The notes: generated by a model not told the origin, from the letters alone. Counted from the stretch's first letter, positions 47,862 to 59,439 are shown. The stretch is 64,000 nt of DNA from an uncultured Verrucomicrobiae bacterium (GCA_963754775.1 CAVWHM010000023.1:94481-158480), one strand, 5' to 3'. Program-made: numbers and translations.

Positions 47862-50559
47862 TACTCGTATTTCCCGCTGGTCTTCTTCCTGATCGCTTCC
47901 AAATCTTTCCCCTCCGGCATCACGAACAGGCATTTCCCGCCGCTGCGACCTTCCCACACCGCGCCGACGGCGCGCTTTTCCTCCGCGTCAGCAAATAAAT
48001 GTTCGCCCTTGTATTCCACGACCAGTTCGCGTCCGTCATTCAGTTGGCAAAGGAAGTCGGGATAAAACCAATTCTTCGAGGTTTGCAGCCGGAACGAAGT
48101 CGCCTTGTTCGCAAGATTCCGCACCCAAAACTTCACTTCCGGCAAACCGTCGAGGAACTGCGCGCATTGAAATTCCTCTTTCAGTTTGCCGCTCGGCGTC
48201 GTTTCCAGCAGTTCGCCGGGCTTTGGGCCGAAGTAATGATTCTTGAACTGGAAACCGCCTTCATAGAGCCAGCTCGGCTCATAGCTCATCGTCTTGAAAT
48301 TGATCGACGCGCTCGTCGCTGACGGTCAGGGCGGAATCCGGCAAAAGAAATTGCTGGAACGCCGCCTTCCGTTCGCTGTCGCGGTGCTGCTGGATCCGTT
48401 CCTCGACTTCTTCCCGCAAGCGGAAGCGGTCCAGCGCCAGCACGCTCATGTCGGCGATTCCAAACTTCGCCATCAGGCCGCGAATCACCTTTCGCAAAAA
48501 CTCCGCCGATTCGCCGGCGGGAATGTCCTGATGGTCAATGTGCCGGTCGAGCCAGCCGACCAAATCTTCCAGCTGTCCAATCGCCCGAACCACCCAGCGC
48601 GATCACTTGTTGGTGCAACGTCGCCACGAAATCACTGTCCGGCTTGTCCTGCAACATGCTCGTCTGCACTTCGCCTTTCGCGCCCACGTCCACCAGATCC
48701 CGCCTTGCCTGCTGGCCGCTTCAGCGGGTTGTAGCCGTCAGCCAGCGAGGCGTCCTTCGCGCTCAATTTCCACGGATGCTCCAAGCAGAAACGTGCTCTC
48801 GAACTCAAACAACATTCCATTCTCGCGCACGCAAAGCAGCGGCACGATGAAATCAATCTGCTTTTCGTAAGGCGACGGCTCGCGTGTTTTGCCGCTTCCG
48901 CCAAACGCCTTGTCCATCTCGCGCACCAGTTCGACCGCTTCGGCAACTTTCGCTTTTGCTTCCGGCGTCTTCACGCAACTCGCCAGCTTCTCCGCTTCAA
49001 CCTTGTCGAGCGGGACGAGCACGGTGATTGCGCCGCTGGCCGTATCAATCCGCGCCTTGCCCGCCAGTGCCGTCACTTGTGCTTGCGCCACCGTCGCGTC
49101 AATGTCCGCTGGCGACACCTGCACCGTCTTGGGTTGCGCGCCGAGTGGCAGCGCGCCTTGCGAAACGGGAATGATAATCCGTTCCGCTTCCGCTCGCGTG
49201 AATCCGTTGCTTTCCAGCGCCTCCCGCAACTCGTTCAAAACTTCCGGCAACGAATCCGAAACGGAAAACGCATACGCGCAATTCAAGTCGGGATGCTGTT
49301 TCGCCTGCGCGTTCGGCAGGCGGAGAATGCGCCCGACGATTTGCTCAATCGCCGTGGCCGAGCGCGTCTCCTTCAAGCTGCAAAGCACATAGGCAAACGG
49401 ACAATCCCAGCCCTCGCGCAACTTTCTGCACCGTGATAATGAAACGCACCGCCGGCTCTTTCGACGATTTGATTTCTTCCGCGCTCGGCAATTCGTCGTT
49501 GCGTGCCAACCGAAATTTTCACTTGGTCTTTGGCGATGCCAAACTCGTTCGCCAACCGCTCGCGCAACGGCTCGCACGCATCCACCCGCTCCGCCTGAAT
49601 CAGCATGATCGGGCGCAAATACTCGCCGGTCTTTTGCGCCTCGGCGATTGCGATTTTTTCCAAGTCGCCGCGCAACGTGATGGCTTCGGACAGCAATTGA
49701 TCGCGCTGGCTTGGATGCCGGGTGATTACGCGCAACGGCAGCTTCACCATGTCCGCCGCCTTCAATTCCGCCGCTGAAACATGATGCAGCACATTCGACG
49801 GCGCTGCGCCGGTGCGCGCGGGCGTGGCGGTGAATTCCACGATGCACGACGGCAAAACATTTCCCAGCGTGGCAAAGCGACAAATCCGTGCGCGCGTTGT
49901 GCGCCTCGTCAACGATGACGATGGGGCGGCGCAACCGCAGCATGTTGACCAGCGACGGTTTTGGTTTTCCATCCGCGCCCGGCAGCAAATCCGCCAGCCG
50001 GTCGGCGGGCACGTTCAGCAAATGTTCCGAAAAACTTCCGTTCTGGTCATAAACTTTCCGCCCGGTCGTGTCTTCCACGCGAAATGCCTGAATCGTGGAA
50101 ACAATGACAACCGTTTGCCCGTCCACCGTTGCACGCGGAAGCCGCAACGCTTCTTCAATCGTCACCACTTCCACCGAACCGCACGCCAGTTCCAATGCGC
50201 GGCGATACGGATGGCGCGGGTCACGCAACGCATCGGCGGTCTGGTCGAGAATCGTGTTGCTCGGCACGAGCCATAGCACTACCGCGCGTTCGGCGCGCAT
50301 GAAATCCGTCATGGCCAGTCCCGCCGCGTGACACGCCAGCAACGTTTTTCCGCCGCCTGTCGGCACGCGCAGGCAGACATAAGGCATCTGCGGTTTCATC
50401 CCAGCCGCGTTCACCGGAATGTAAGGTATGAGCCGTTCCGAAAGTGCGCGCCGTGATTTCGCGGAAAGCCGGGTCAGGATTCTGCTCGCGCGCCGCGATG
50501 CGGAAGAAATCCCGCAGCGAATCCAGCACCCGCGTTTGATAATCTTTCAGCGTTATCAT
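47861..50559 (-). pseudogene. res: type III restriction enzyme Res subunit (SF2 helicase plus C-terminal PD-(D/E)xK nuclease); about 5 frame breaks
   Basis: Motif I is RVPTGGGKT and motif II is IVIVDEAHNA. The C-terminal fragment 47861..48289 has FYPDFLCQLNDGRELVVEYKG. The N-terminus MITLKDYQTRVLDSL starts at 50559. Fragments lie in several frames (ORFs 50221.., 48738.., 49373.., 48279.., 47861..). Confidence 0.75.
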
Positions 50560-52174
50560 GACACTTTGATTTCGTAAGGCGTTTGCCGGACGATGATGCG
50601 CTCCGCCTGCAACCGGTCGCGGCCCAGCAGACAACCGGCGCAGTAAATCACTTTCTGCCCGTCAAACTTGGGCAACTGCGCGAGCACGCTGCGCGTCAAA
50701 ATATTTCCGCCGTTCGCGCTCTTGTCGCCCAGAATGCCGTTGAACAAAAGATAAATGCCGACGCCGCGACACTCGCCAATCAATGGCGATTTCAGCACGC
50801 GCTCGCGCGGCAACGGCTCGCCGGTTTCGGTGAAATAAACGTGCCGCGCCAAATCCGCGAAGCGCACGGATGGTTTGATTTGCCCGTGCTCGTCAAACAA
50901 CGGCTCGCCGAGTTCGCAGAAGCGGAAGCCACCGCCCAAGCCTTCGACTTTCTCGCCTTTGGCGTTGGTGTAACCTTGGGCGACGCGCTTGACGCGCTCG
51001 GCGGTGATGTCGCGCGCGATTTTGGGTTCCATTTCCACGAGGATGAAACGGCGGTTGCCGCCGTCCGCTTTGTTCAAATTCAAAACTGCGTGGCCGGTCG
51101 TGCCGCTGCCGGCGAATGAATCCAGAATCAAATCGCTGGGTCTGCTGGCAATTTGAAGAATCGCTGTTCAATAAGTTTCGTTGGCTTTGGAGTGTCGAAA
51201 GTCTGTCGCTGTCCGAAAATGTCTTCGAGTTCTTCGTCTGGCGTCATCGTTGTCTCCGACATCTTCGCCGAGACCAAATGTGATTCTGCGACTCAGCCCT
51301 TCCTGACATCGATTCAAGATAAGTTTTTCTGAGCGACTTGTCGTCTCATTTGCCCGAAATACAATTTCATCCTGTCTGAATCCATTTCTGCCATTGGCTC
51401 ACTTACTCCAACGCCATTCCTTTGCGGGCGGCATCTAAATGATTTTGCCAGACGGCGTCGCCAAGTCATAAATGAGGTTCGGTCTGTACAGGGCATTGCC
51501 GAACGTCGCCAGACTCGTCCACGGCCCGATCGGGATCATTGTCGGGATTCGTGTAATTCGGCATTGTGTCTCTTCTTTGCCGCGGAATATCGCGCGAATG
51601 CAAATACTTCGTACTTTGGCATAAGCAAGAACGTAATCGTGGTCGATTGAAATTTTTCGCGATGCCTTTGGTTCGAACGTCTGTTTTGCCAAAGAATTGT
51701 CGCACAAATTGTTTTCCCGCCAAAAATTTCATCCATAGCAATGCATGGCGTGTTCAATTTCGTTATCATCAATGCTGAAATAAAAATTGCTCCGTCTTCG
51801 CGCAGGAATTGCCGGAGCAACGCGAGGCGCGGATACATCATGCAGAGCCATTTGTCGTGGCGGGAGAGGTCTTCGGCTTCCTTGCCCACGGCTTTGCCGA
51901 GCCATTCGCGGATGAGCGGGCTGTTGACGTTGTCGTTGTAAATCCAGCCTTCGTTGCCGGTGTTGTAAGGCGGGTCAATGTAGATGCACTTGACCTGGCC
52001 GGCGTAGTAAGGCAGCAGCGCCTTGAGCGCGACCAGATTGTCGCCCTGCACGATGAGATTGCCGCTGCCGGGATCGCCACAGGCCAGTTCCGGCACGTCC
52101 TTGAGCAGATGAAACGGAACCTGGTGGTGATGGTTCACCACGGCATCCTTCCCAATCCAGTTCAGCGTCGGCAT
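50556..52174 (-). pseudogene. mod: type III-like (beta-class) DNA methyltransferase Mod; middle (target-recognition) part broken by several frameshifts
   Basis: The N-terminal part has IYIDPPYNTG (motif IV) and the C-terminal part has ILDSFAGSGTTGHAV (motif I), so the order is IV...I. The stop overlaps the res start (ATGA at 50556-50559). The 51130-51540 segment is readable only in pieces. Confidence 0.7.
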
Positions 52175-52182
52175 GGCGGTGG

Positions 52183-53196
52183 TTACTCGGTTTCGTCCAG
52201 TGGCTCCGGCACGTAAACACGTTTCAGCGGGAGCAGGGCTTTGTAGCGCGAGTCGAATTGCTCGTAGTGTTGGAGAATGAGCGTGACCAATTCGTCGCCG
52301 TCAATCAACCGCAAGTTGCTTTTGTTGCGAGCAAAGGCTTTGGCTTGGGTCGTGAAAGTTCCAAGCGTGACCACCAACCCGAATTCGGAACGCTCGACCT
52401 TGCCGTTGAGTTGTGACACGACAGGTTCGCCGATAGTTCCTTCAGCGCTTTTGACCTGCACTTTGACGAGCGGCGGCTCGAAACCAAGTTCGTCTTTGTG
52501 CGCAATAATATCCACGCCGCCGTCCGGCCCTTCGGGTGAAAGTCTGGTGCGATAACCCATCGTCGCCAAAAGGTGCGCGACAAACTCCGCGAGCGCATGG
52601 CCTTTCAACTCTTGGGCCAGCAACTTGACGATGTAATCGCGGGTTGTTTGTTCGATGTCTTCCGCGACGTAGGAAACGGAATCGTCCTGCTTCGGCGGTT
52701 GTGCCGTGGGCTGGCCTGTGAGGGCGGCAAGGAATTCGTCGGCAAACTGCCGGACTTGGAAGAAGCTCAACGCAGAGCCGATTTCGTAAAGCGCGCCCTG
52801 CGAGAAATGGGTGCGGGGAATTGCTTTTAGCCATTTTACCGGCCTCTGCCGCGGATAACCCGGCTGGGGTTTAGTGTCGTGTTTGGCCGGGCCGGTGATT
52901 TCCCCGATATGAACCAAACGGTCGCTCTTGGATGGATAAATGACGAGGTCGCCAGTCTTTACTTCGTGAACGAAACGGAAAAGCTGGCCGGCAGCATTGC
53001 GAATAAAGCCCTCCGGGCGAGTGGGGTAGCACTCTTTTACGCGGGACTTAAAGGCTTCACGGTCGGCGGGCAACTTTGTGACATCCCCGACTTCTACAAA
53101 GCCAAGCGCAATAACGTTGTGCGTGAGGAAAAGTTGGTCGGCATCACCCGTTTTCCCGGCGTGGATGCCCCAAAGGGTAGAAGGTTGCTTGCTCAT
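52183..53196 (-). CDS. Mrr-type restriction endonuclease (C-terminal Mrr_cat-like domain) with an unassigned roughly 150-aa N-terminal domain
   Basis: 337-aa intact ORF. The C-terminal part is GPDGGVDIIAHKDELGFEPPLVKVQVKSAEG...VVTLGTFT (D...QxK core). It ends 8 nt before the mod ATG. Confidence 0.7.
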   Translation of the reverse strand: MSKQPSTLWGIHAGKTGDADQLFLTHNVIALGFVEVGDVTKLPADREAFKSRVKECYPTRPEGFIRNAAGQLFRFVHEVKTGDLVIYPSKSDRLVHIGEITGPAKHDTKPQPGYPRQRPVKWLKAIPRTHFSQGALYEIGSALSFFQVRQFADEFLAALTGQPTAQPPKQDDSVSYVAEDIEQTTRDYIVKLLAQELKGHALAEFVAHLLATMGYRTRLSPEGPDGGVDIIAHKDELGFEPPLVKVQVKSAEGTIGEPVVSQLNGKVERSEFGLVVTLGTFTTQAKAFARNKSNLRLIDGDELVTLILQHYEQFDSRYKALLPLKRVYVPEPLDETE

Positions 53197-53265
53197 GCAG
53201 ATTGGCTGGCATCGTAGTCAACGCAAGTCTCAACGGAAAGGAAAACTAGCGGCTCGCACGATTGC

Positions 53266-53790
53266 TCATAACAACCCTGTAGGCGGCAATTGCCCCGTAT
53301 AAACGATTTCGATGCTGACGACTTGAGGGTTCAAAATCACAACGCCGCCGTCGGTTCGTCGGCTGGGAAAGTAAATGCCGCTCGCGTTGTCCATCGTTCC
53401 CAAAGTTTGAAGGCACTCGACTACGAATTGAGACTTGAAATACTGCCCGGTCTGGAGGTCGCGGTCGTTGTAGATGGCAGTCAGGAACGGTTCTGGCAGT
53501 TTGCTCATGTTCCAGACCGGCGTCTCTTGGCGTAGTTTTGACCACTCGTAAATGGGTGTTCCCGATGGTCTCGTTTCGGCAACAGCCACTTTGAATGTGT
53601 CGCCGTACCAGTTGCCGCTATCGCCGGGCAGCTTGAAGCTTCCTCCTCCCGTCGAGACGAACCCGGTCCAATACTTCTGCGCGTCCCCAGTCACAGCTCT
53701 ACACATTGGCTGTCCCGCCGGCATATTGTCCAACAGACTGTTTCCGCTGGCCATGAGCCAGCCCGATATTTGTGAATAATAATTTTCCAT
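53266..53790 (-). CDS. hypothetical protein (174 aa, lower GC) upstream of the Mrr-like gene
   Basis: Intact ORF. No motif recognised. Confidence 0.35.
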   Translation of the reverse strand: MENYYSQISGWLMASGNSLLDNMPAGQPMCRAVTGDAQKYWTGFVSTGGGSFKLPGDSGNWYGDTFKVAVAETRPSGTPIYEWSKLRQETPVWNMSKLPEPFLTAIYNDRDLQTGQYFKSQFVVECLQTLGTMDNASGIYFPSRRTDGGVVILNPQVVSIEIVYTGQLPPTGLL

Positions 53791-53869
53791 ATACCATCAT
53801 TTACACGCACAGCAGACGGAATTTGTGGTCTAACGCAACTTTTTCTCAAATTTTGTTTTTCACATTTGA

Positions 53870-56800
53870 CTAGATTATGTGTAGGGCCGGAAGGTCTTTC
53901 GGACTGCCCGTTCTAGTTCTTGGTTTCCCCGCCCGCAACACTCGCAACGAAAATCCCCGCCCATTCTCGAACGGCTCGACCGTCGCCGTGACTTCCAGCA
54001 CCGGATACCGCACCGTCGCCAGTCCGTAGCTTTTGTAGGTCTGCGCGAATAATTCCGTTTCCACCATGCCCGTCCAGTCCGCCAGCGTCAGGAATTTCAT
54101 CGGCTCGCCGGTGATCTGGTGATGCGTGCGCTGCTCCACCACCAGCCCGCACGTCACCACCGTCTCGCCGACGTGTTCGCCCAGCCGCGCCACGGGGCAA
54201 TAGGTGTCCCAAGCCACGTCGTCAAATAATTCCAGCGGATGCCCGCTCACCGCGTAGCCGAACAATTCCGTCTCGGCCTCCAGTCGTTCACGGCGCGTTG
54301 GTTCGCGCAGCAAGGCCGGATTCGCGCGAAGAAATCCGAAACCGGATTCGTGCGCGCCGTCAAAATCAAATTCCAAATTCCGTGCCCGGTTTCTGCCTCG
54401 CTGCCACTGCTCTGATGCAGTTGCTGCGCCTCCCAAAACTGCCGCGTGCGCGTCTGGCCAAATTCATCAAAGCCGCCCGCGCGAATCATCGCCTCCAATT
54501 CTTCCGGCGACGGCTTTACGCGGCGATGAAAGTCGGCCAGCGAAGCGAACGCTCCGCGCTCGCGCTCGGCCAGCAGCCGTTTGCTGGTGCGGTCGGTCAG
54601 TCCTTTGGCGCGGGTCAGCGGCACACGGATCGCATTGCCATGCGACCGCGAACTGCGGGCCCGGTTCGTTGACGGTCGGCGGCAGGAATTTCAACCCGAG
54701 CCGGTAGCTTTCCAGCACATAAACCAGCGGGTCATAAAAGCCTTTGCCGTTGGTCAGCACGGCCGCCATGAACTCCGCCGGGTAATTGCGCTTGAGCCAG
54801 GCCGATTGATACGCCTCGACGCCATAGGCCGTGGAATGCGCCTTGCAAAAGGCGTAGCCGGCAAAGCCCGCGACCAGTCCCCACACTTCCTCAATCTTTT
54901 CCGGCGCGTGTCCGCGCGCCCGCGCCGACGCGAAGAATTCCTCCTGAATCTCCGCGATGACGGCGCGCTTCTGTTTGTTCAACGCCCGGCGCAACACGTC
55001 CGCCCGGCCCGGCGGCAAGCCGGCAAACGCCTCGCAGATTTGCAGAATGTGCTCCTCATAAACCACCAGCCCGAACGTGTCGCGCAACACGGGTTCCAGC
55101 GACGGATGCGGATACGTCACCGGCTCCAGCCCCTGATAGCGCCGCGTGAACGCCAGCTTCTTGCCTTCGTTGGCCGCGCCGGGCCGGATGACGCTCACGA
55201 TGGCGATGAGCGTGTCAATGTCCCGCACGTTGCACTGGCGGCACAGGCCGGTCATGGCCGGGCTTTCGATGTGATGCACCGCCCGCGCCGCCGCCGGAAA
55301 TCATTTCCCAAACCTGCGGGTCCTGCCACGGCTCCAGCGCGTTCAAGTCCACGGTGATGCCGCGCTTGGCCAGCGACGCCTTCACGTCGCGCATCGCCGC
55401 CAGCCCGCCTTGCGCCAGCACGTCAATTTTCACCAGGCCGATGGCTTCCACGGCGTCCATGTCGAAATGCGTGGTGGGATAGCCTTTGTTGGAAATGAAC
55501 GTCGGCGTCAGTTCGTGCATCGGCTGGCGCGACAGCACCACGCCGCACGGGTGCATCTTGGGATAGCGCGGAAAGCCGTCGAGAAACTCCGCCATGTCCA
55601 GCGCGGTCTTGAACGGTTCTTCGTTCAACGGCAGGTCGCGGTTTTCGGGACTGGCGGCGAGCAGTTCGCGCAACTTCGCCCCGCCGCTCGGCGTGGGTTC
55701 GTCCGGCACCCAGCCGCCGCCGAAGCTCCACGGAAAATGTTCGGTGAACCGGCGCACTTCGCGTTCGGCCACGCCCAGCACCTTCGCCACGTCCGCAAAC
55801 GCGCTGCGGGCCTGAAACGTCGAGAAGCCGCCCACCACGGCGCAATGCTCCCGGCCATATTTGGCGAAGATGAGGTCCACCACGTCGTCTTTCCGGTCAT
55901 GCGGAAAATCAATGTCAATGTCCGGCAGCTTGTTCAGCGCCATGCGTTCCTCGTTCAGAAAGCGCCGGAAATAGAGGCCGAAGCGGATGGGGCAGACATC
56001 GGAAATGCCGAGGCAATAGCACACGAGCGAGTCCGCCGCGCTGCCGCGCGTGATCCATTCGATGCCGTGCGCGCGGCAATCTTGCAGGATGTTCCAGACG
56101 ACCAGAAAGTATTCCTCGTAGCCGACGGCGCTGATGATGCGCAATTCCTGTTCGATTTGCGGGCGCATGGTTGCGAGTGCGATCGCCGTAGCGCCGCGCG
56201 CGCCGTCCACACGAGCTGGTGAAGAAATTCGCGCGGCGTGGAACCGTCCGGCGGCACGAACGCGGGAAACTGCGGCTTGCCGAACGGCATTTCAAAATTG
56301 CAGCGTTCGGCGATTTCCAGCGAGTGCGCCAGCCATTCGGGATGTTCTTTGCACGCCGCCGCCATTTCTGCCGGCGTGCGAAAATGAAACCGTCCGTCCG
56401 TTGCGTTTGGACGGATGTTCCTGGCGGAGCAACGTCAGCGTGCGGATGGATTGCACGATGTCGTATTTCATCCGGTCGTCCGGCGCTGGCGTAATGAATC
56501 GCCGGACAGGCGACGACGGGAAAGTCCTAGCTCCGCACCCGGTAGGGACGCGCTGCCGCGCGTCCGGCCGATGAGGTGCTCTCGTCTGTGCCATCTGATA
56601 AAAACGTCCGGGAAACAGTTCGGCCAGCCGCAAGTCCGGGCTGACGGCAATCAAGCCGTCGGTGAATCCGTCCAGACGTTCAAACGCGATAGGGCGGCGC
56701 TGCTGCGCCGCAACCGCGCCTTCCTCGTTGCTCTTTCTCGGCTTGGCGCGACAACAGCCGATTCAAATTGTGATAGCCGCGCGCGGATTCGACAAAGAGC

Positions 56801-56915
56801 AAAAGCGGAGTTGTCCTTGGTGGCCGTTGCAAGGACCAATTCCGTTCCGAAAATCGGTTTGATGCCTGCGCGCTTCGCCGCCTGCGCAAACTCCACCGCG
56901 CCGTGCAGACCTGCC
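53870..56915 (-). pseudogene. dnaE2: DnaE-type DNA polymerase III alpha, probably error-prone DnaE2 (ImuC); at least 6 frame breaks and the extreme N-terminus missing
   Basis: PHP region: GLHGAVEFAQAAKRAGIKPIFGTEL. Palm/fingers: DIDIDFPHDRKDDV, KIDVLAQGGLA, VSVIRPGAANEGK, GYAFCKAHSTAYG. C-terminal OB fragment: 53870..54436. Total size is about 1,030 codons, and an adjacent Y-family fragment argues for dnaE2. Confidence 0.7.
56541..56565. repeat. GGTAGGGACGC-family hairpin inside the dnaE2 remnant
   Basis: ggtaGGGACGCGctgcCGCGCGTCC. Compare hisC 3866-3890 (ggtaGGGACGCGgtgccCCGCGTCC). Confidence 0.65.
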
Positions 56916-57005
56916 CGATTTGAGCCAGTCCTGCTGCGTTCAATCGCACGGCGGTTTTCGGTCCAATGCCCGGCAACCACTTATTCGGCAGGGAGTGAAG
57001 AAATT
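56915..57005 (-). pseudogene. fragment of a Y-family polymerase (ImuB/DinB-like HhH segment) fused to the dnaE2 remnant
   Basis: QEKQFLHSLPNKWLPGIGPKTAVRLNAAGLAQIGQ matches the LP...LPGIG.KT...L...GI.T.G motif. It is truncated on both sides. Confidence 0.5.
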
Positions 57006-57007
57006 GC

Positions 57008-58229
57008 TTTTCCTGTCCGCCCCGGCAGCAGAGTTGCTGAAGGATTGGCGCACGGGTCAAAACACCCAACATTCAATGACGGCGCTGTTGCGGCAGTCTC
57101 TCTACAGCCGGTTGGCCGGTTACGAGGACACCAACGATGCCGAGCGGCTGGCGGTCGATCCGGCGATGCGGCAGGTGGTGGGCGGGCGGGCGACCGAACA
57201 CACGGCGGCTTCGACCAGCCAGATGGGACGTTTCGAGACCGAAGTGTTGACCCAGCCGAAGAACCTGAACGCCTTGACGAAGTTGTCCGGGACCTGGATC
57301 GACCGGCTGCGGGAACACAGACGCCATGCGGGAACTGGTCTTGGACATGGACAGTTCCGTGAGCGAAACCTACGGCGAACAGGAAGGCACGGCCTACAAC
57401 GGACATTTTGCCTGCACCTGCTATCATCCATTGTTTTGCTTCAACCAGTTTGGCGACGTGGAAGGCGCGCTGCTGCGCGAGGGCAACGTGCACAGTGCCA
57501 AGGATTGGCGGGCAGTGCTGGAACCGGTGGTGGCCCGCTATCCTGCTCGCAAGCTTCGGCGTTATTTTCGGGCGGACGCCGCCTTTGCCCAGCCGGAACT
57601 CTATGAGTATCTGGAAGCCGAAGGATTTGAATATGCCATCCGCCTGCCCGCCAACGATGTATTGCTGCGGGAGATTGAGCCAATGCTGACCCGGCCAGTG
57701 GGCCGTCCGTCCAATACGCCGGTGGTCCGGTATGCCGGCTTTTTGTACCAGGCCAAGAGCTGGAATCGGTCCCGGCGGGTGGTTGCCAAGGTCGAATGGC
57801 ACAGAGGCGAACTGTTCCCCCGCATCGGGTTCATCGTGACCAACCTGACCCGGCCCGGCCAAAACGAGTGGTGCGGTTTTACAACCAGCGGGGAACGGCG
57901 GAGCAATGGATCAAGGAAGGCAAGAATGCGGTCAAATGGACGCGGCTGTCGTGCCATGATTTCGTGGACAATCAGGTGCGGCTGCACCTGTTCGTGCTGG
58001 CCTACAACCTGGGCAACTTTCTGCGGCAGGCGGTGCTGCCGCGGGTCAGTAAGGCACTGGACATTAACGACGCTGCGGGAGAAATTGATCAAGATCGGAG
58101 CCAAGGTGGTGCGTCATTCCCGGAAGATTGTCTTTCCAGATGGCAGAGGTGGCGGTTCCGCGAGCGTTGTTCCGGTCCATTCTTCAGGCAATAGACCGCT
58201 TGCGCCTGCCCGCCAGGGCCAGCGGATGA
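57008..58229 (+). mobile_element. IS1380-family-like transposase gene, 5'-truncated with at least 4 frameshifts (IS remnant)
   Basis: LKDWRTGQNTQHSMTALLRQSLYSRLAGYEDTNDAERLAVDPAMR, then LDMDSSVSETYGEQEGTAYNGHF, VVRFYNQRGTAEQWIKEGKNAVKWTRLSC, LREKLIKIGAKVVRHSRKIVF and QMAEVAVPRALFRSIL. Family call is from memory of DDE_Tnp_1_4-type proteins. No inverted repeats identified. Confidence 0.6.
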
Positions 58230-58514
58230 ATGAAAATTGAATGAAAGCAACCATCCACACAGGTGAAGTGTCGTCGCCTCCGGCTCAACCGGCTGGCTGG
58301 GGCCGGAAAATCTGGCGGCGGCTCCGAAAAACACGTTTTGGGCGTGCGAAAAGGCTTGCACAGACAAGCGTTGGGAGGATAATCGCCAAAGCGACCGGAG
58401 AAACTCAATTGGCACCATGAACATCAAGTCAAATGGGAAATCCCGGATTGACGCGTTGCCGTTCAGGAATCAAGATAACCCACGATTCCCAAAGCTCTAA
58501 ACGACCCAAAAACT

Positions 58515-59439
58515 ATGAAAAAATTACTCATCTCCACTGTCATTCTCCTCACTGCGGCAGCTATTGCCAATGCCCAACTCTCCGGCCTCGTCTACAATTC
58601 GGGGACGGGCAATTGGGAGTATCGCGCCCTAAACCCAATTTCAGGCGCAACCACCCTGCTGAATGCCTTTGCGATGCCCGATGGCTTTGATTCTTTTTTC
58701 GACCGATCCTTCCGGCGGCTCTGCTTATGTGCAGTCCGGCAGCACCCTTTACGACCTCAACCTTGCCTCCGGGGCCATTTTGAATACGCCAACTCTGGAC
58801 ACGATGATCGCCGGCTATGGCGTCGGTAACGGCGGGTTGGTCGGCCTCGACTATAACTCGGGCACCGGCAATTGGGAGTATCGTGACATTAATCCAGTTA
58901 CCGGCGGCACAACCTTGTTGAATTCTTTCACTTTGCCCGATGGGTATGAAAGTAGTTCTTTTTTGACCGATCCTGCCACCAGCTCTGCTTATCTGCAGTC
59001 CGGCAGCACCCTTTACGACCTCAACCTTGCCTCCGGGGCCATTTTGAATACGCCAACTCTGGACACGATGATCGCCGGCTATGGCGTCGGTAACGGCGGG
59101 TTGGTCGGCCTCGACTATAACTCGGGCACCGGCAATTGGGAGTATCGTGACATTAATCCAGTTACCGGCGGCACAACCTTGTTGAATTCTTTCACTTTGC
59201 CCGATGGGTATGAAAGTAGTTCTTTTTTGACATATCCATCCACCGGTTCCGCTTACTTTTTGTCAGGCAATACGCTCTACGACTTGAATCTTGCTTCCGG
59301 TGCCATTTTGAACACTTCAATACCGGACCAGACGATGCAGGCAATCGGAATAGACCCGGTTCCGGAGCCGTCCCCATTGGCATTGGCCGCTTTGGGCGGA
59401 CTGGCCTTTTTGCTGCGCTTGCGCAAAAAATCAGCTTGA
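58515..59439 (+). CDS. PEP-CTERM-anchored secreted repeat protein (three 88-aa repeats); one frameshift near 58700
   Basis: Signal peptide MKKLLISTVILLTAAAIANA. Repeat unit: NSGTGNWEYR..NP..G.TTLLN.F..PDG...S. C-terminal VPEPSPLALAALGGLAFLLRLRKK is the PEP-CTERM sorting signal. Confidence 0.75.
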
